From Nitrospirota bacterium (GTDB lineage: Bacteria; Nitrospirota; UBA9217), in NCBI GenBank assembly GCA_963737155.1, contig CAVTRN010000001.1, positions 768,001-832,000 on the forward strand: a DNA stretch of 64,000 bases, given 5' to 3'. Of the stretch, positions 47,669-58,391 are shown one piece after another. The number at the start of each line of letters is the position of its first letter. Position 1 is the first letter of the stretch. Under the pieces are notes generated by a model. The model saw only the letters and a list, made by a program, of their open reading frames with translations, was not told where the DNA came from and made no database searches. A program made the position numbers and the translations under genes.

Positions 47669-49210
47669 ATGACGAGAGAAAGAATGCCCATGCGAACAAT
47701 CAAAGAAGTGTTACGCCTCAAATGGTCTTGCGGCTTAGGCAACCGCGCCATAGCCAAAAGCTGCGGCATCGCAAAGAGCACTGTTACTGAGTATCTAAAA
47801 CGAGCAACCAAAGCCAACCTGTCCTGGCCTTTGCCTGATAAACTCGACGATTCTGCCATTGAGCATCTGCTCTTCCCGCCTGTCATCGTTTCAGATTCCC
47901 CACGACCACTTCCTGTATGGGCTGACATCCACCGAGAGCTTGCACGGAAGAGCGTTACCTTAATGCTTCTCTGGGACGAGTACAAAGCGCAATATCCCGA
48001 GGGCTATCAGTACAGCCATTTCGCGGACCTCTATCGAGCCTATGCAAAGAAACTTGATATCTCCATGCGACAAATTCATCATGCAGGAGAGAAGCTATTT
48101 GTTGATTACTGCGGCCAAACGGTTCCGGTCATCGATCAATCCACCGGCGAGGTGCATGCGTGCCAGATTTTTGTCGCCGTTCTAGGCGCCAGCAACTTCA
48201 CGTATGCTGAGGCAACGTATACGCAGAGCTTGCCAGATTGGATCGGCTCCCATGTCCGAGCTCTCGGGTTCATCGGTGGTGTTCCGGAACTTCTAATCCC
48301 CGACAATTTGTTGAGTGGCGTTACCAAGGTTTGTCGCTATGAGCCAGGCATCAATCGCACCTATCAGGAGTTGGCCGTTCATTATGGGGCCGCGGTTATT
48401 CCCGCCCGTGTCAGAAAGCCAAAAGATAAAGCCAAGGCAGAGGCCGGAGTTCAACTCGTGCAGCGATGGATTCTGGCGGCTCTCAGGAACCGCACTTTTT
48501 TCAGCCTCACGGAGCTCAATGAGGCAATCTGTGGACTGCTGGATAAACTCAATAACAAACTGTTCAAGAAGCTCTCCGGCAGCCGTATGAGCCGGTTTCT
48601 CGAGCTTGATAAACCGGCGTTACGGCCGCTCCCTGCTATAGCGTTCGAGTACGCGGAATGGCAAATCAAAAAACGGTCAGGTATCAATTACCACATCGAA
48701 GTTGATAACCACTATTACAGTGTCCCGTATCAACTCCGCAGAGAATATCTGGACGTTCGGCTCACAGGATCCATTGTGGAGGTTTTCTTTAACAACAAAC
48801 GGGTCGCCTCGCATCTCCGATCCTATATAAAGTGGGGCTATACGACGCTCGCCGAACACATGCCGAAGTCCCATCAGGCCCATGCGGGTTTTACCCCAGA
48901 GCGTCTGATACGATGGGCGTCGGAAACCGGCAAATCAACAGCCGAACTGGTTACTGCCATCCTCGAAACGAAGCTTCACCCGCAACAGGGGTATAACTCC
49001 TGCTTTGGACTCGTCACTCTAGACAAGAAGTTTGGCAAAGAACGTGTCGAGGCCGCATGCAAGCGGGCGCTCGCCATCGGGGGCATCAGCTACAAAAGCG
49101 TCAGGTCCATTCTCGAAACCGGTCTGGACAAAAAGCCCTTGCCGGAGCCGAGAACTGCCGCACCGAAGATCACGCACAGCAACATCCGGGGCAGCGAATA
49201 CTATATCTAA
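47669..49210 (+). CDS. istA: IS21 transposase
   Basis: HHAGEKLFVDY, PDNL, PKDKAKAE, YSVP. Confidence 0.95.
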   Translation: MTRERMPMRTIKEVLRLKWSCGLGNRAIAKSCGIAKSTVTEYLKRATKANLSWPLPDKLDDSAIEHLLFPPVIVSDSPRPLPVWADIHRELARKSVTLMLLWDEYKAQYPEGYQYSHFADLYRAYAKKLDISMRQIHHAGEKLFVDYCGQTVPVIDQSTGEVHACQIFVAVLGASNFTYAEATYTQSLPDWIGSHVRALGFIGGVPELLIPDNLLSGVTKVCRYEPGINRTYQELAVHYGAAVIPARVRKPKDKAKAEAGVQLVQRWILAALRNRTFFSLTELNEAICGLLDKLNNKLFKKLSGSRMSRFLELDKPALRPLPAIAFEYAEWQIKKRSGINYHIEVDNHYYSVPYQLRREYLDVRLTGSIVEVFFNNKRVASHLRSYIKWGYTTLAEHMPKSHQAHAGFTPERLIRWASETGKSTAELVTAILETKLHPQQGYNSCFGLVTLDKKFGKERVEAACKRALAIGGISYKSVRSILETGLDKKPLPEPRTAAPKITHSNIRGSEYYI

Positions 49211-49224
49211 AAAAGGAGACCAAT

Positions 49225-49968
49225 ATGTTAATACACCCTACACTCGACAAGATCGAACAGCTCCGATTGTTCGGTATGGCAAAAGCCCTGCGTGAACAGC
49301 TGCAGAATCAAGAAGCATCTGCTTTAAACTTCGAGGAACGCTTGGGGCTCCTCATTGACCGCGAAATGACGGAGCGGGAAAATAAGCGGCTTGCGACCCG
49401 CTTAAGAACAGCAAAACTGAGGATGTCGGCGTCCGTAGAAGACATCGACTTTCGTCAGCCCCGGGGGCTGGACAAATCGCTTATCCTGTCGCTTGCCTCG
49501 AATCAATGGATCACTGAACGTCACAACTTGCTCGTCATCGGCCCGACGGGTGCGGGCAAGAGCTATCTCGCCTGCGCCCTGTCCCACAAAGCCTGTCGCG
49601 ACGGGCATGTCGTCGTGTATCAAAGACTACCCCGGCTTCTGGAAGATCTGGCCCTTTCTCATCACGACGGACGATATCGAAAACTGATGAAATCCCTTCT
49701 CAAGGCAGATCTGCTTGTCCTCGACGACTTCGGGCTTGGTCCGCTTACATCGGAACAGCAAAGAGATCTTCTGGAAGTCATCGAAGACCGCTACGATCGC
49801 CGTTCAACACTCATAACCACTCAGCTAGCAGTGAAGCACTGGCATGATATCCTGGCTGATCCGACCTTGGCTGACGCAATCATGGATCGTTTGGTGCACA
49901 ATGCGTACAAAATCGAATTGAAGGGAGAGGACTCAATGAGAAAGATCAAATCAAAGATCAGGCGTTGA
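49225..49968 (+). CDS. istB: IS21 helper ATPase
   Basis: GPTGAGKS, LLVLDDFG, AIMDRLVH; SD AAGGAG. Confidence 0.95.
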   Translation: MLIHPTLDKIEQLRLFGMAKALREQLQNQEASALNFEERLGLLIDREMTERENKRLATRLRTAKLRMSASVEDIDFRQPRGLDKSLILSLASNQWITERHNLLVIGPTGAGKSYLACALSHKACRDGHVVVYQRLPRLLEDLALSHHDGRYRKLMKSLLKADLLVLDDFGLGPLTSEQQRDLLEVIEDRYDRRSTLITTQLAVKHWHDILADPTLADAIMDRLVHNAYKIELKGEDSMRKIKSKIRR

Positions 49969-50109
49969 CAAGACAAAATCCCTGTGAGATAGTAGTCGCA
50001 ACCTAGCGCTCGATCAGCCCTCAGCGGGAGGGGTCGGATTAAATCGGAACGCCGGGTCGGATAACTTCCGAATCAGGGGTCGAATTCAGTGGAATACCCA
50101 GGATGAGAC

Positions 50110-50757
50110 ATGAACGAAAAGAAAATCAGGAAAGTCACCATGATTCTCGTTGTACTCGCTTTGATCAGTCTTATGGCTTGTGCAGTCCGGAAAGGGCCGA
50201 TCCTCGTAGGAGCCAGCTATGAAGTTCACCAGGGGCTGGCACCATCCGCACAGAAGGTCGTGGTGGGATTGACCACCTTTCAGGATGCGCGGGGAGGGAA
50301 ACCATCGGTTGTAGGCGTTCGGGAAACCAAGTCGGGGCAGTTCGAAAACGACCTTGTCATTCAAGACAACGTAGCGGATCTGGTGACGGCAGCGTTTAGA
50401 AAAGCGCTCAAGGCGAGGAAAATCACGGTGAAGGACTTTCCCATCTGGGACCTGAACACCGAGAACATGAAGACGGATGACGTTGACATCGTCCTGGGGG
50501 GAACGGTTACGTCTCTGTGGACGAAAGTCGTCACAGAGCCGCTTAATGTCACTACACATGTGGACATTTCTGTCCATGCCGTCTTGGCTGATGCCAGAGA
50601 CAAAACAGTGATTCGCACGCTGGACATGAACGGAACTTACGACCGCCGGGACCTCACATTTGATCCGGACAGGGTTGGCCAGGCAATCTCCTCGGCGCTC
50701 TCATCAATGATCGACCAGCTTATGAATGATCCAGAGTTTAAGAAAAAAGTACAATAA
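50110..50757 (+). CDS. Lipoprotein (YajG-like)
   Basis: Lipobox LMAC, FQDAR motif. Confidence 0.65.
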   Translation: MNEKKIRKVTMILVVLALISLMACAVRKGPILVGASYEVHQGLAPSAQKVVVGLTTFQDARGGKPSVVGVRETKSGQFENDLVIQDNVADLVTAAFRKALKARKITVKDFPIWDLNTENMKTDDVDIVLGGTVTSLWTKVVTEPLNVTTHVDISVHAVLADARDKTVIRTLDMNGTYDRRDLTFDPDRVGQAISSALSSMIDQLMNDPEFKKKVQ

Positions 50758-50852
50758 ATTCAGATAACAGCTCTTCTGAAGAGATTCGATTGTCAGCACT
50801 TATGCTATTTTGCTGAGGACCGGAGGAAAGTTTCGACTGATGCGCGAAAGTT

Positions 50853-51674
50853 ATGGACAGAAAAGACTATTACAAGATACTGGGCGTAAGTGAGACTGCA
50901 ACTTCCGATGATTTAAAAAAAACCTATCGCAATCTTGCATTCCGCTATCATCCAGATAAAAATCCGAGCGGTCAGGAACTGATGAAGGAGATCAATGAAG
51001 CATATGCAGTTCTTTCGAGTCCGGAGAAGAGGCAGGAATATGATCGTCTGCGGCAGAATTTCGGTACCTTTGCTAGGGATCGCTTCAGACAGACCCATAC
51101 CGACGAGGATATCTTTCGGAATTCAGACATCAACCAGATCTTTGAAGAACTCAGCAGGATTTTCGGATTCAGTAGGCCGGAAGACATCTTCAGTCGCGAT
51201 AGCTTTTACGGTCACAATTACAGAGAGTTCAAATTCAAGGGCCCCGGTGTTTCCGGCAGCGGTTTTTTCTTTTTCGGGCCGATGGGAAGTGTCTATAGTT
51301 CAGATAAAGTTCACGCAGAAAAGTATTCGTTGGCCTCTAAACTCATGATCAAGGGACTCAGAATGTTCCAGAAGATGGCGGCAAAGAAGCTGGGCATAAT
51401 CCTGCCGGAAAAAGGGAGAGACCTCAGCGAATCGATTGTAGTGACGCCAAAGGAAGCCGCCTCCGGAGGAAAGGTCAGATACATCCTCAATCAGCCTAGG
51501 AAACCCAGGGAAATCCTGATCACCGTTCCGCCAGGAATCAGAGAGGGGCAGAGGATCAAGCTCAAGGGTTTGGGCGAACAGGGAAAGAACAGGGGCGAAG
51601 CTGGGGATCTTTTTCTCAAGGTCAGGATTCGTCGGCCCCTTATTGAAAGGGTGAAAGAAATCTTGAGGCGTTGA
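50853..51674 (+). CDS. J-domain protein (CbpA-like, no zinc finger)
   Basis: KDYYKILGV..YHPDKN, C-terminal PPGIREGQRIKLKGLG..GDL. Confidence 0.88.
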   Translation: MDRKDYYKILGVSETATSDDLKKTYRNLAFRYHPDKNPSGQELMKEINEAYAVLSSPEKRQEYDRLRQNFGTFARDRFRQTHTDEDIFRNSDINQIFEELSRIFGFSRPEDIFSRDSFYGHNYREFKFKGPGVSGSGFFFFGPMGSVYSSDKVHAEKYSLASKLMIKGLRMFQKMAAKKLGIILPEKGRDLSESIVVTPKEAASGGKVRYILNQPRKPREILITVPPGIREGQRIKLKGLGEQGKNRGEAGDLFLKVRIRRPLIERVKEILRR

Positions 51675-52412
51675 AAGATACATCAGAAAATTCGAGATGT
51701 GCTACCTCTATCAGATGATGCTGCGATCGTCGAACGGCTACGGGAAATATCGGCATAATCCGCACCGACTCGAAAAAGAGGATAATAATAAATTTGTTCT
51801 TGCTGCTTCAGGCAGTATCCCCTTGGTCGGTGACTTTTTAAGTGATACTGCTGCAAGCTCTTAGGCCGAGGAGGGATCGATAAAGCAGTATTTCACAGCC
51901 ATTTCAGCTGACCCTGGCTGCATATTAGGGGGTCGATCAGTCACAAATCTTCAATGTGTAAATTGAAGGCTGTGGATTGAAATATACAGTGCGCTGACCT
52001 TCCTGTTAAGTGCACCCGAGAATAATATGCTACCATTGCATGTTTCAACCAGTGTTCTGTATAGATGATTCGTCAACACGTTTGCATTCTCGTAGGTGAA
52101 GGCGAGTTTCACCTGTAAATCCTCCTCTTCTTAAGACACAACTTGGACATAGCCTCTCCGTTTTTAGCAGTGAGGTCTTTGATGTGTCTTCACTTTGTAG
52201 TTCTATTCCCGATGCAACAATCCCGCAATTTGCTCAAGATTATAAATGAGTGGCCGGTTTGAGATAAAAAATTTCACCTGCGTGCTCGTGGCAACATTCC
52301 TTTGTGCTTAGAACCGGCCTGGTCAGTTTCATATTCGGGGTCGTAACCACCAGTAACTCTCGACCTATATCTCACATAAATCTTACTTCAATCACGAGAT
52401 CTTATAAAACTC

Positions 52413-53630
52413 CTACGCAACTTGTTTTACAGTCACTTGGTACCCCAATGCGGTAAGCCGTTTGATATAGCTTCGCGTTATCTTATCCTTCTTCCGTTTA
52501 TCAAGATAATCAGCGCCAAGCTCTCGATACGGAGTTTTGTGCTTCAGCATCTCGTAACTCATGATGAGGATCTTATGACCCACGGCTACCAAGGCTCGTT
52601 TCTTTCCGCGGCGTCCCACAAAACTATGGTACTTGGCTTTCAAGTAGCAATCTTTCTTTCGAGAGGCTGCCCAGCCGCATTCCGTAAGCGTTGTTCTTAA
52701 AGCTTTGTTTCCATGGGTGGTCTTGGATGTTTTTTTTTACCCGCGCTCTCGTGGTTACCAGGGCTCATCCCAGCCCAAGACGTTAAATGCTCAGCGGTAG
52801 GAAACTGGCTCATATCCACACCGATTTCGGCAATAATGGACGCTGCGCCATATTCCTTGACCCCGGGTATCGTCTGGAGCAACTCATACTCTTCTGCGTA
52901 AGGTTTGAGCTTGGCGTCTACCTGTCGATCTACATCAACGATAAGCTTCTCGATCGACTTGATATGCTCAAGGGATGTTCGAATCATGAAAATATGGTGT
53001 CCGGTTACCCGTCCGACCAGCGCCTCGCGAATCGCGTCTTTCTTCTTCTTAAGTTTTCCCTTGGCAAGGTTGGTCATTTCCTCAATCGTCAGTTCATCCG
53101 TCAAAAGTGCATCGATGATCGCCGTGGCGCTTACACCAAAGGTGTCTGATACGACCGAGGAAAGTTTGATGTTGGCATCTTCCAGGGTCTTCTGCACCCG
53201 ATTCCTTTCGGCGGTAATAGACTGAATTAATTTTTTCCGATATCTCGTCAGGTCCCGTAGTTCCCGAATATCCTGCGGTGGAATGAAGCTGCCTTTCACC
53301 AAACCAGCTCGTAGAAGTTTGCACAACCATTCACTGTCGCTCACATCAGTCTTTCTGCCGGGCACATGCTTAATGTGACGGGCATTGACCAAAACTACTT
53401 CAAAATCCTCTTCCAGAATATTAAAAAACCGGTTTCCAGTAAATCCCGGTGCTCTCCATCGCCACGTGGGTGATGCCGTTCTCCTTGAGCCAGTCCCGCA
53501 GTCGATACAATTCGTTGGTTACCGTGCCGAAGGTTCGCGTCTCTTTTTTGATACCCACTCCATCAATAGTTGCGACTACCGTTTCCTGGTGTACATCCAA
53601 ACCCGCTCCACGTTCTACTACAATGTCCAT
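52413..53630 (-). pseudogene. IS110-family recombinase, two frameshifts
   Basis: GLDVH, MESTG, GRKTDVSD (DEDD), TIPGV, ESAGK; frames break at a T6 run near 53425 and an A9 run near 52735. Confidence 0.88.
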
Positions 53631-53993
53631 CGGTCAATCCTCCTTGGGTCTTTTTGACAAGTGTAGCAGCACTCTTGATCAAAAACAACTGCCCTGGAAT
53701 ATTGATGGCGGAACACGCTATCTATGCCTAATTTACATCTTCCCTTGTGAACGTCAGTTCATGAACGATTCATATAATATTAGCACAGGTACATAATACA
53801 TTTTGTATTATCGCATTTTGTGGTAAGGTTTTCTCTCATCGTTAACTTCCTGAAACACGCAACCGTTGCGTAATTTAGAAATTACATCTTTCATGTTGAA
53901 ATTGTCAATATCGGTTTGCATATGCACTCGAACTCGTCCCACGTAACCTTTCCCCGCAGAATGTAGTCCCCTTGGCGCACAGATCCCTTTTAT

Positions 53994-54137
53994 AAAACAG
54001 TCCTGAAATACCCAGCAGCTTGCTGCTGGGATGAAAAGGACATCCTGGCGAAGCCAGGATAAGTCTTCAGCTTCTTTGTTGTGCTTTTTTAAGGTTTCAA
54101 GTTCCGATGCCCCGCAGCTTGCTGCGGGGTAATTCAC
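53994..54137 (+). mobile_element. 144-bp non-autonomous IS200/IS605-type element (PATE/MITE), copy 1
   Basis: Follows TTTAT; subterminal hairpins CCCAGCAGCTTGCTGCTGGG and CCCCGCAGCTTGCTGCGGGG; ends TTCAC; identical copy at 58740. Confidence 0.75.
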
Positions 54138-54759
54138 TGCGGCTTATCTAATGTTTGAACGTGACGTTCGTATTGAAAATTGTGCTGAATTGTGATGTGC
54201 ATACTTTAGTATAATTGACATTAATTCAGGTTGCGATGGATAGCGTACAGCCACGCGACTGCGTGACATTCGAAGCAGACACCCTCGGCGACGTATCGGG
54301 ACTTTGGGTACATCCGGCGGACTGGTCAAGCGAGGCGATCGTCCACCTGCACGGTGGTTGGTTTAACTTTGGCTCCGCCAAAGCATACCGCTATCTTGTC
54401 GGGCATATATTGCTGCGAAAGCGGGCGCGAGGGCGTTTATCCCGGACTATCGGCTTGCTCCTGAACACCTATTTCCGGCGGCCACGGACGATGTGTTGGC
54501 ATGTTACCAAGGACTTGCCGAGAGGGACGTTCACCGGATTGCTCTTACGGGAGACTTTCGGTGGAGGCAATCTAGTACTCGTTCTTGCGTGGCGCGTTAC
54601 AGGCGAAGCCGCCTCCATCAACGCGACTCTTGTCGGAGTTGCCTTGTTGTCGCCGGTTACCGAACTAACTCTCTCGGGCGCGACCTACGAGACGCGCGCC
54701 GAAGCCGATCCCCTTTTTAATCGCCCGCAGGTCGCGGAACTCGTGCATTCCTACTTAGT

Positions 54760-56603
54760 CCCATCTTCTACAGTTGTAGCCGAGAAAAGGGCTATTTGCG
54801 TGAGTGAAGTTGTTTGATTTCGCAGAGTTACAAAAAGTTTTTTGGAAAAAGATCAAAATGTAGTGCCACGTTTATATATTAATTGCTTGCAATTAATAAT
54901 TATTATGATATATTTATGGTGCTATGTTCTTCCGGGTAAAACGCTCCGAATCGCGAGCATATCTCCAAATCGTTAATAACCGCCGCGACAAGGGCAAGGT
55001 AAAGCAGGAAGTCGTCGCCACGCTTGGACGACTCGATGCGCTCAAGGAAACAGGGGCATTGGACAGCCTGCTACGGTCAGGGCTCAAGTTCTCTGAACAG
55101 ATCGCTGTCATCGACGCGCATAAGCAGGGCGAAGCAATTGAGACGGATTCCAGGCGTATCGGCCTTCCGATGATATTCGGCCGGTTATGGAAAGAGCTGG
55201 GAATACAGGCGGTGCTTGCGACATTGGCCAAGGAGCGCAAGCATCAATTTTCCATCGAGCGGGCGATTTATCTTACGGTGCTGCACCGCTTGAGCGTATC
55301 GGGTTCAGATCGTGCCGCTGAACAATGGTGCCTTGGCTACAGGATAGAAGGGGCCGACGGAATCGATTTACATCATTTATACCGGGCTATGGCATGGCTC
55401 GGCGAACCCCTTGCCGATGCTGATCAGCACGGGGCCACCGGATTTTCTCCCCGCTGCACCAAGGATGTGATTGAGGAAGAGCTGTTCCGACGCAGACGGG
55501 ATTTATTCACCGATCTACGGCTGGTCTTTTTCGACACCACGAGCATTTACTTTGAAGGAGAGGGCGGCGAGGATATCGGTGCATATGGCCATTCCAAGGA
55601 CCACCGGCCCGATCTCAAACAGATGGTGGTCGGTGCAATCATCGATCATCACGGCAAGCCCCTTTGCTGTGAGTTATGGCCCGGCAACACAACCGACGTC
55701 AAGACGCTCGTGCCGATTATAGACCGGCTGAGGCTCCGCTTCGGCATCAATCAGGCGTGTGTAGTGGCCGACCGAGGGATGATCAGCGAAAAGACTCTGG
55801 CCGATTTGCAGGAGCGGAAGATCGATTACATTCTGGGCGCGCGGATGCGGCGGCAAATGGTAGGCGAGCGCCGCTACATCGTGTGTGTCAATGAGGACCA
55901 GCGGAAAAAAGACGCCGCTGATAGAGAAGCCATCATCGCATCCCTTCGAGAGAAGCTGAAGCAGGGAGGCAAGAGCCTGGTTGGCAACAAAGGGTATCGT
56001 AAATATGTGAAGAGCGCAGGCAGTGCTTTTGCCATTGATGAAGAGAAAGTTCAACAGGAATCACGATATGACGGTAAGTGGGTCCTCTCGACCTCGATGC
56101 CCATGCCTGCGCGCGAGGTTGCTCTCGCGTACAAGGAGCTGTGGATGGTGGAGCAGATCTTCAGGAGCACTAAAACGGTGCTGACGACGCGGCCGATTTA
56201 TCATAAATGCGATGAGACGATTCGCGGTCACGTTTTCTGCAGCTTTCTTGCGCTTGTTCTTATGAAGGAATTACAGGAGCGATTGGATAGCCGCAATGAG
56301 GAGAAGCTTGAGTGGGGCCAGATGCTCCGAGATCTTGAGGAATTGAAGCAGATCACAATTACAAGCGACAACAAGGAAATGATTTTACGGACCGAATTAA
56401 AAGGCGATACGGGAAAGGTGTTTCAGGCTGCGGGAGTGGCGATTCCGCCAAAGGTCTTGATACCGCAGAAGGGAAAGGATGCATGACGCTCATCAGCATG
56501 ATCGAATTGGAACGAGAGGGGAAAGTGTAGTGCCACGCCACCTTTCGACAGCCGTATCATATTGTTTAAGCGAAGTTATTTTTTGGCAGGTGTAGAAGAT
56601 GGG
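54760..56603 (+). mobile_element. Second IS1634-family element
   Basis: 13-bp IRs CCCATCTTCTACA / TGTAGAAGATGGG, 5-bp target duplication TTAGT (54755-54759, 56604-56608). Confidence 0.92.
54924..56486 (+). CDS. IS1634 DDE transposase
   Basis: FFDTTSIYFEG, GHSKDHRPD, VADRGM, YKELWMVEQIFR..RPIYH. Confidence 0.9.
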   Translation: MFFRVKRSESRAYLQIVNNRRDKGKVKQEVVATLGRLDALKETGALDSLLRSGLKFSEQIAVIDAHKQGEAIETDSRRIGLPMIFGRLWKELGIQAVLATLAKERKHQFSIERAIYLTVLHRLSVSGSDRAAEQWCLGYRIEGADGIDLHHLYRAMAWLGEPLADADQHGATGFSPRCTKDVIEEELFRRRRDLFTDLRLVFFDTTSIYFEGEGGEDIGAYGHSKDHRPDLKQMVVGAIIDHHGKPLCCELWPGNTTDVKTLVPIIDRLRLRFGINQACVVADRGMISEKTLADLQERKIDYILGARMRRQMVGERRYIVCVNEDQRKKDAADREAIIASLREKLKQGGKSLVGNKGYRKYVKSAGSAFAIDEEKVQQESRYDGKWVLSTSMPMPAREVALAYKELWMVEQIFRSTKTVLTTRPIYHKCDETIRGHVFCSFLALVLMKELQERLDSRNEEKLEWGQMLRDLEELKQITITSDNKEMILRTELKGDTGKVFQAAGVAIPPKVLIPQKGKDA

Positions 56604-56890
56604 TTAGTGGTTACCGACGCGAGCATTCACTGGCTTCGCCCCTTCACGGTCGACACTCCGGCATGCCTTCCACCCACATTCACGTCGGCGACGACGAAGT
56701 GCTGTTGGACGACTCGCTCCAATATGTTGAGCGTGCAGTTGCCGCAGGCGTCGATGCCCGAGCTGATGTGTGGATGGGGATGCCACACGGGTTTCTCGTA
56801 AGCATCGGAAGATTGAAGGCGGCAGCACAGGCGCAGGATGCCATCGGTGCTTTCCTCGCCGAGAGTTTGAAGGCGCACGAGAGTCCGTAA

Positions 56891-57085
56891 TTGCGTCCCA
56901 TTGAGATCACGGCGAAGATCGCCGGGAACAACGGCTATATAAGCTACATTAAAGTCCTCGACGCCGAGCGTAGCCTTTTCAACGGAGAGCTCTCCTACGC
57001 TCAGACCCGGGACACACTGTTCCGTCGTTCGCGAACCATTACAAGGCCATGGGCATCGGCTGGATTACAGAAGCCGACTGCATAG
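56891..57085 (+). pseudogene. C-terminal remnant of an RND outer membrane factor (NodT/OprM type)
   Basis: NGYISYIKVLDAERSLFNGELSYAQ matches the typical OMF C-terminal repeat. Confidence 0.6.
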
Positions 57086-57452
57086 CGACGATCCCGCCGA
57101 GGTAGTCCACGCAAGGGGTTAGCGTGTTCATATCTTTGTGTTTGCTAGAACAAATATGGAACGAGACTTCTTTATGAGACAAAAGATTGGAAAATGGGAA
57201 TTAAAATTCAGTAGACTTTCGGACGGGGTGCTCATCACATCCTACCCTACGTTGGTCCGGCCAAACGGAACCTGACGCTGCTGTAGCTTTGACTTCTGAC
57301 ACGTCGTCCGGCATGAAGCACGAGCTTGTCGTGTTGCCTGGCGTTTAGTCGACCTGCAAAATTGCTGTGCTTCCTGCGGTTACCTGCAATGACGACCTAG
57401 CAAGCCTTTTTGCACTCGAATTAGTAAACTCTTTTTTTGGAACGAACTCGGT

Positions 57453-58391
57453 TTATTCTTTCATCACCAGTTCTACGGGATAGCCATGATCGCGCCATGC
57501 GTGAAATCCACCCAGAAGCGGCCGAACATGCTTAACCCCCTTTTGCCGCAAAACCAGCGCCACCCGGGCGCTCGAGGCCTCGTTGGGTCACGTGCAATAA
57601 ACGACTGTCTCACGGTCGCTTGATAATGCAGGATAACTCTCTGCCTGGTCTAAAGACATGCGTAAAGCTCCAGGGATCACATAAGGGTCCGCTTCGAAAT
57701 CGAGAGAGTGGCGCACATCAATAATTAATACGTTTTCGCCGGTTTCTAATTTTTGTTTCAATTCATCCGGTGTTATGCGCGCCATGACAAGTTGCTTTAA
57801 AAAGCGCCGACGTAAAGAGTATTTCCAAAGGATATAAATGGTCAGTCCTCCAGCCACGAGCGCAAAGAGCGTTTTGCCCATGCTCCCGGCGTAGTCCAAG
57901 GCGCGATCAAGCTCTTCGCTGAAGATATATCCGAGAATAGAATATGTAGTGGTCCAAAGGAGTATTCCAAGAACATCGAATAGCACAAAGCGTGACAGGG
58001 GCATGCGGATGATACCAGCCAAAGGCGTTGACACGGCGCTCAGGCCGGGTAGAAATTTTGTTATCAGGAGGGACCGTGCGCCGTACACTCCAAAGATGCT
58101 CTCTGTGTGACGGACGCAGGAGTCTGGTTCGAGAGCAATACGGCAGATCATGGATAACACCTTGCTTCCGCGATTGCGGCCCACCGTATACCAGAAAATG
58201 TCACTCAGTAGTGCAGCACAGACTCCCAGACCGATACAGAGAAACAGATTCAGTTGCCCGGCACCAGCAAGGGCTCCCATCGTTATGAGGAGGGGAACGC
58301 TCGGCAGAGGAAGCCCCATTGTTTCCGCAAGGACCCATATAAACAGCACTGCGTACCCGTGTTGTATGAGAAACGGTATGATTTTATCCAT
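57453..58391 (-). CDS. DedA-rhodanese fusion, candidate selenoprotein (in-frame UGA at 57588-57590)
   Basis: DedA domain (ETMGLPLP, KFLPG..RF); rhodanese IDVR..IPGA..YCT*PNEASSARVA..LLGGFHAW..GYP continues 44 aa past UGA to TAA at 57453. Confidence 0.8.
57549..57590 (-). promoter_or_regulatory. Candidate bacterial SECIS element
   Basis: UGA, then 21 nt to a CGGGU loop closed by AGCGCC/GGCGCU; possible lower stem CGAGGCC/GGUUUUG. Confidence 0.6.

Larger units (their letters stand above)
47468..50100 (+). mobile_element. IS21-family element, complete
   Basis: TGGGTATTCC / GGAATACCCA ends, 6-bp target duplication GGATGA (47462-47467, 50101-50106), istAB. Confidence 0.93.
54236..56890 (+). pseudogene. 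Alpha/beta hydrolase (HSL-family esterase), frameshifted and split by IS1634
   Basis: HLHGGW, PDYRLAPEH, degraded GDSxG; C-terminal VGDDEVLLDD..GMPHGF lies after the IS. Confidence 0.85.

Noticed and set aside
52725-53430. Programmed frameshifting in IS110
   Set aside because: Two separate homopolymer shifts would be needed and IS110 is not known to use this; mutation or sequencing error is simpler
53808-54137. 109-aa ORF beginning MNYPAASCG
   Set aside because: Starts in the palindromic end of the 144-bp element; typical spurious call
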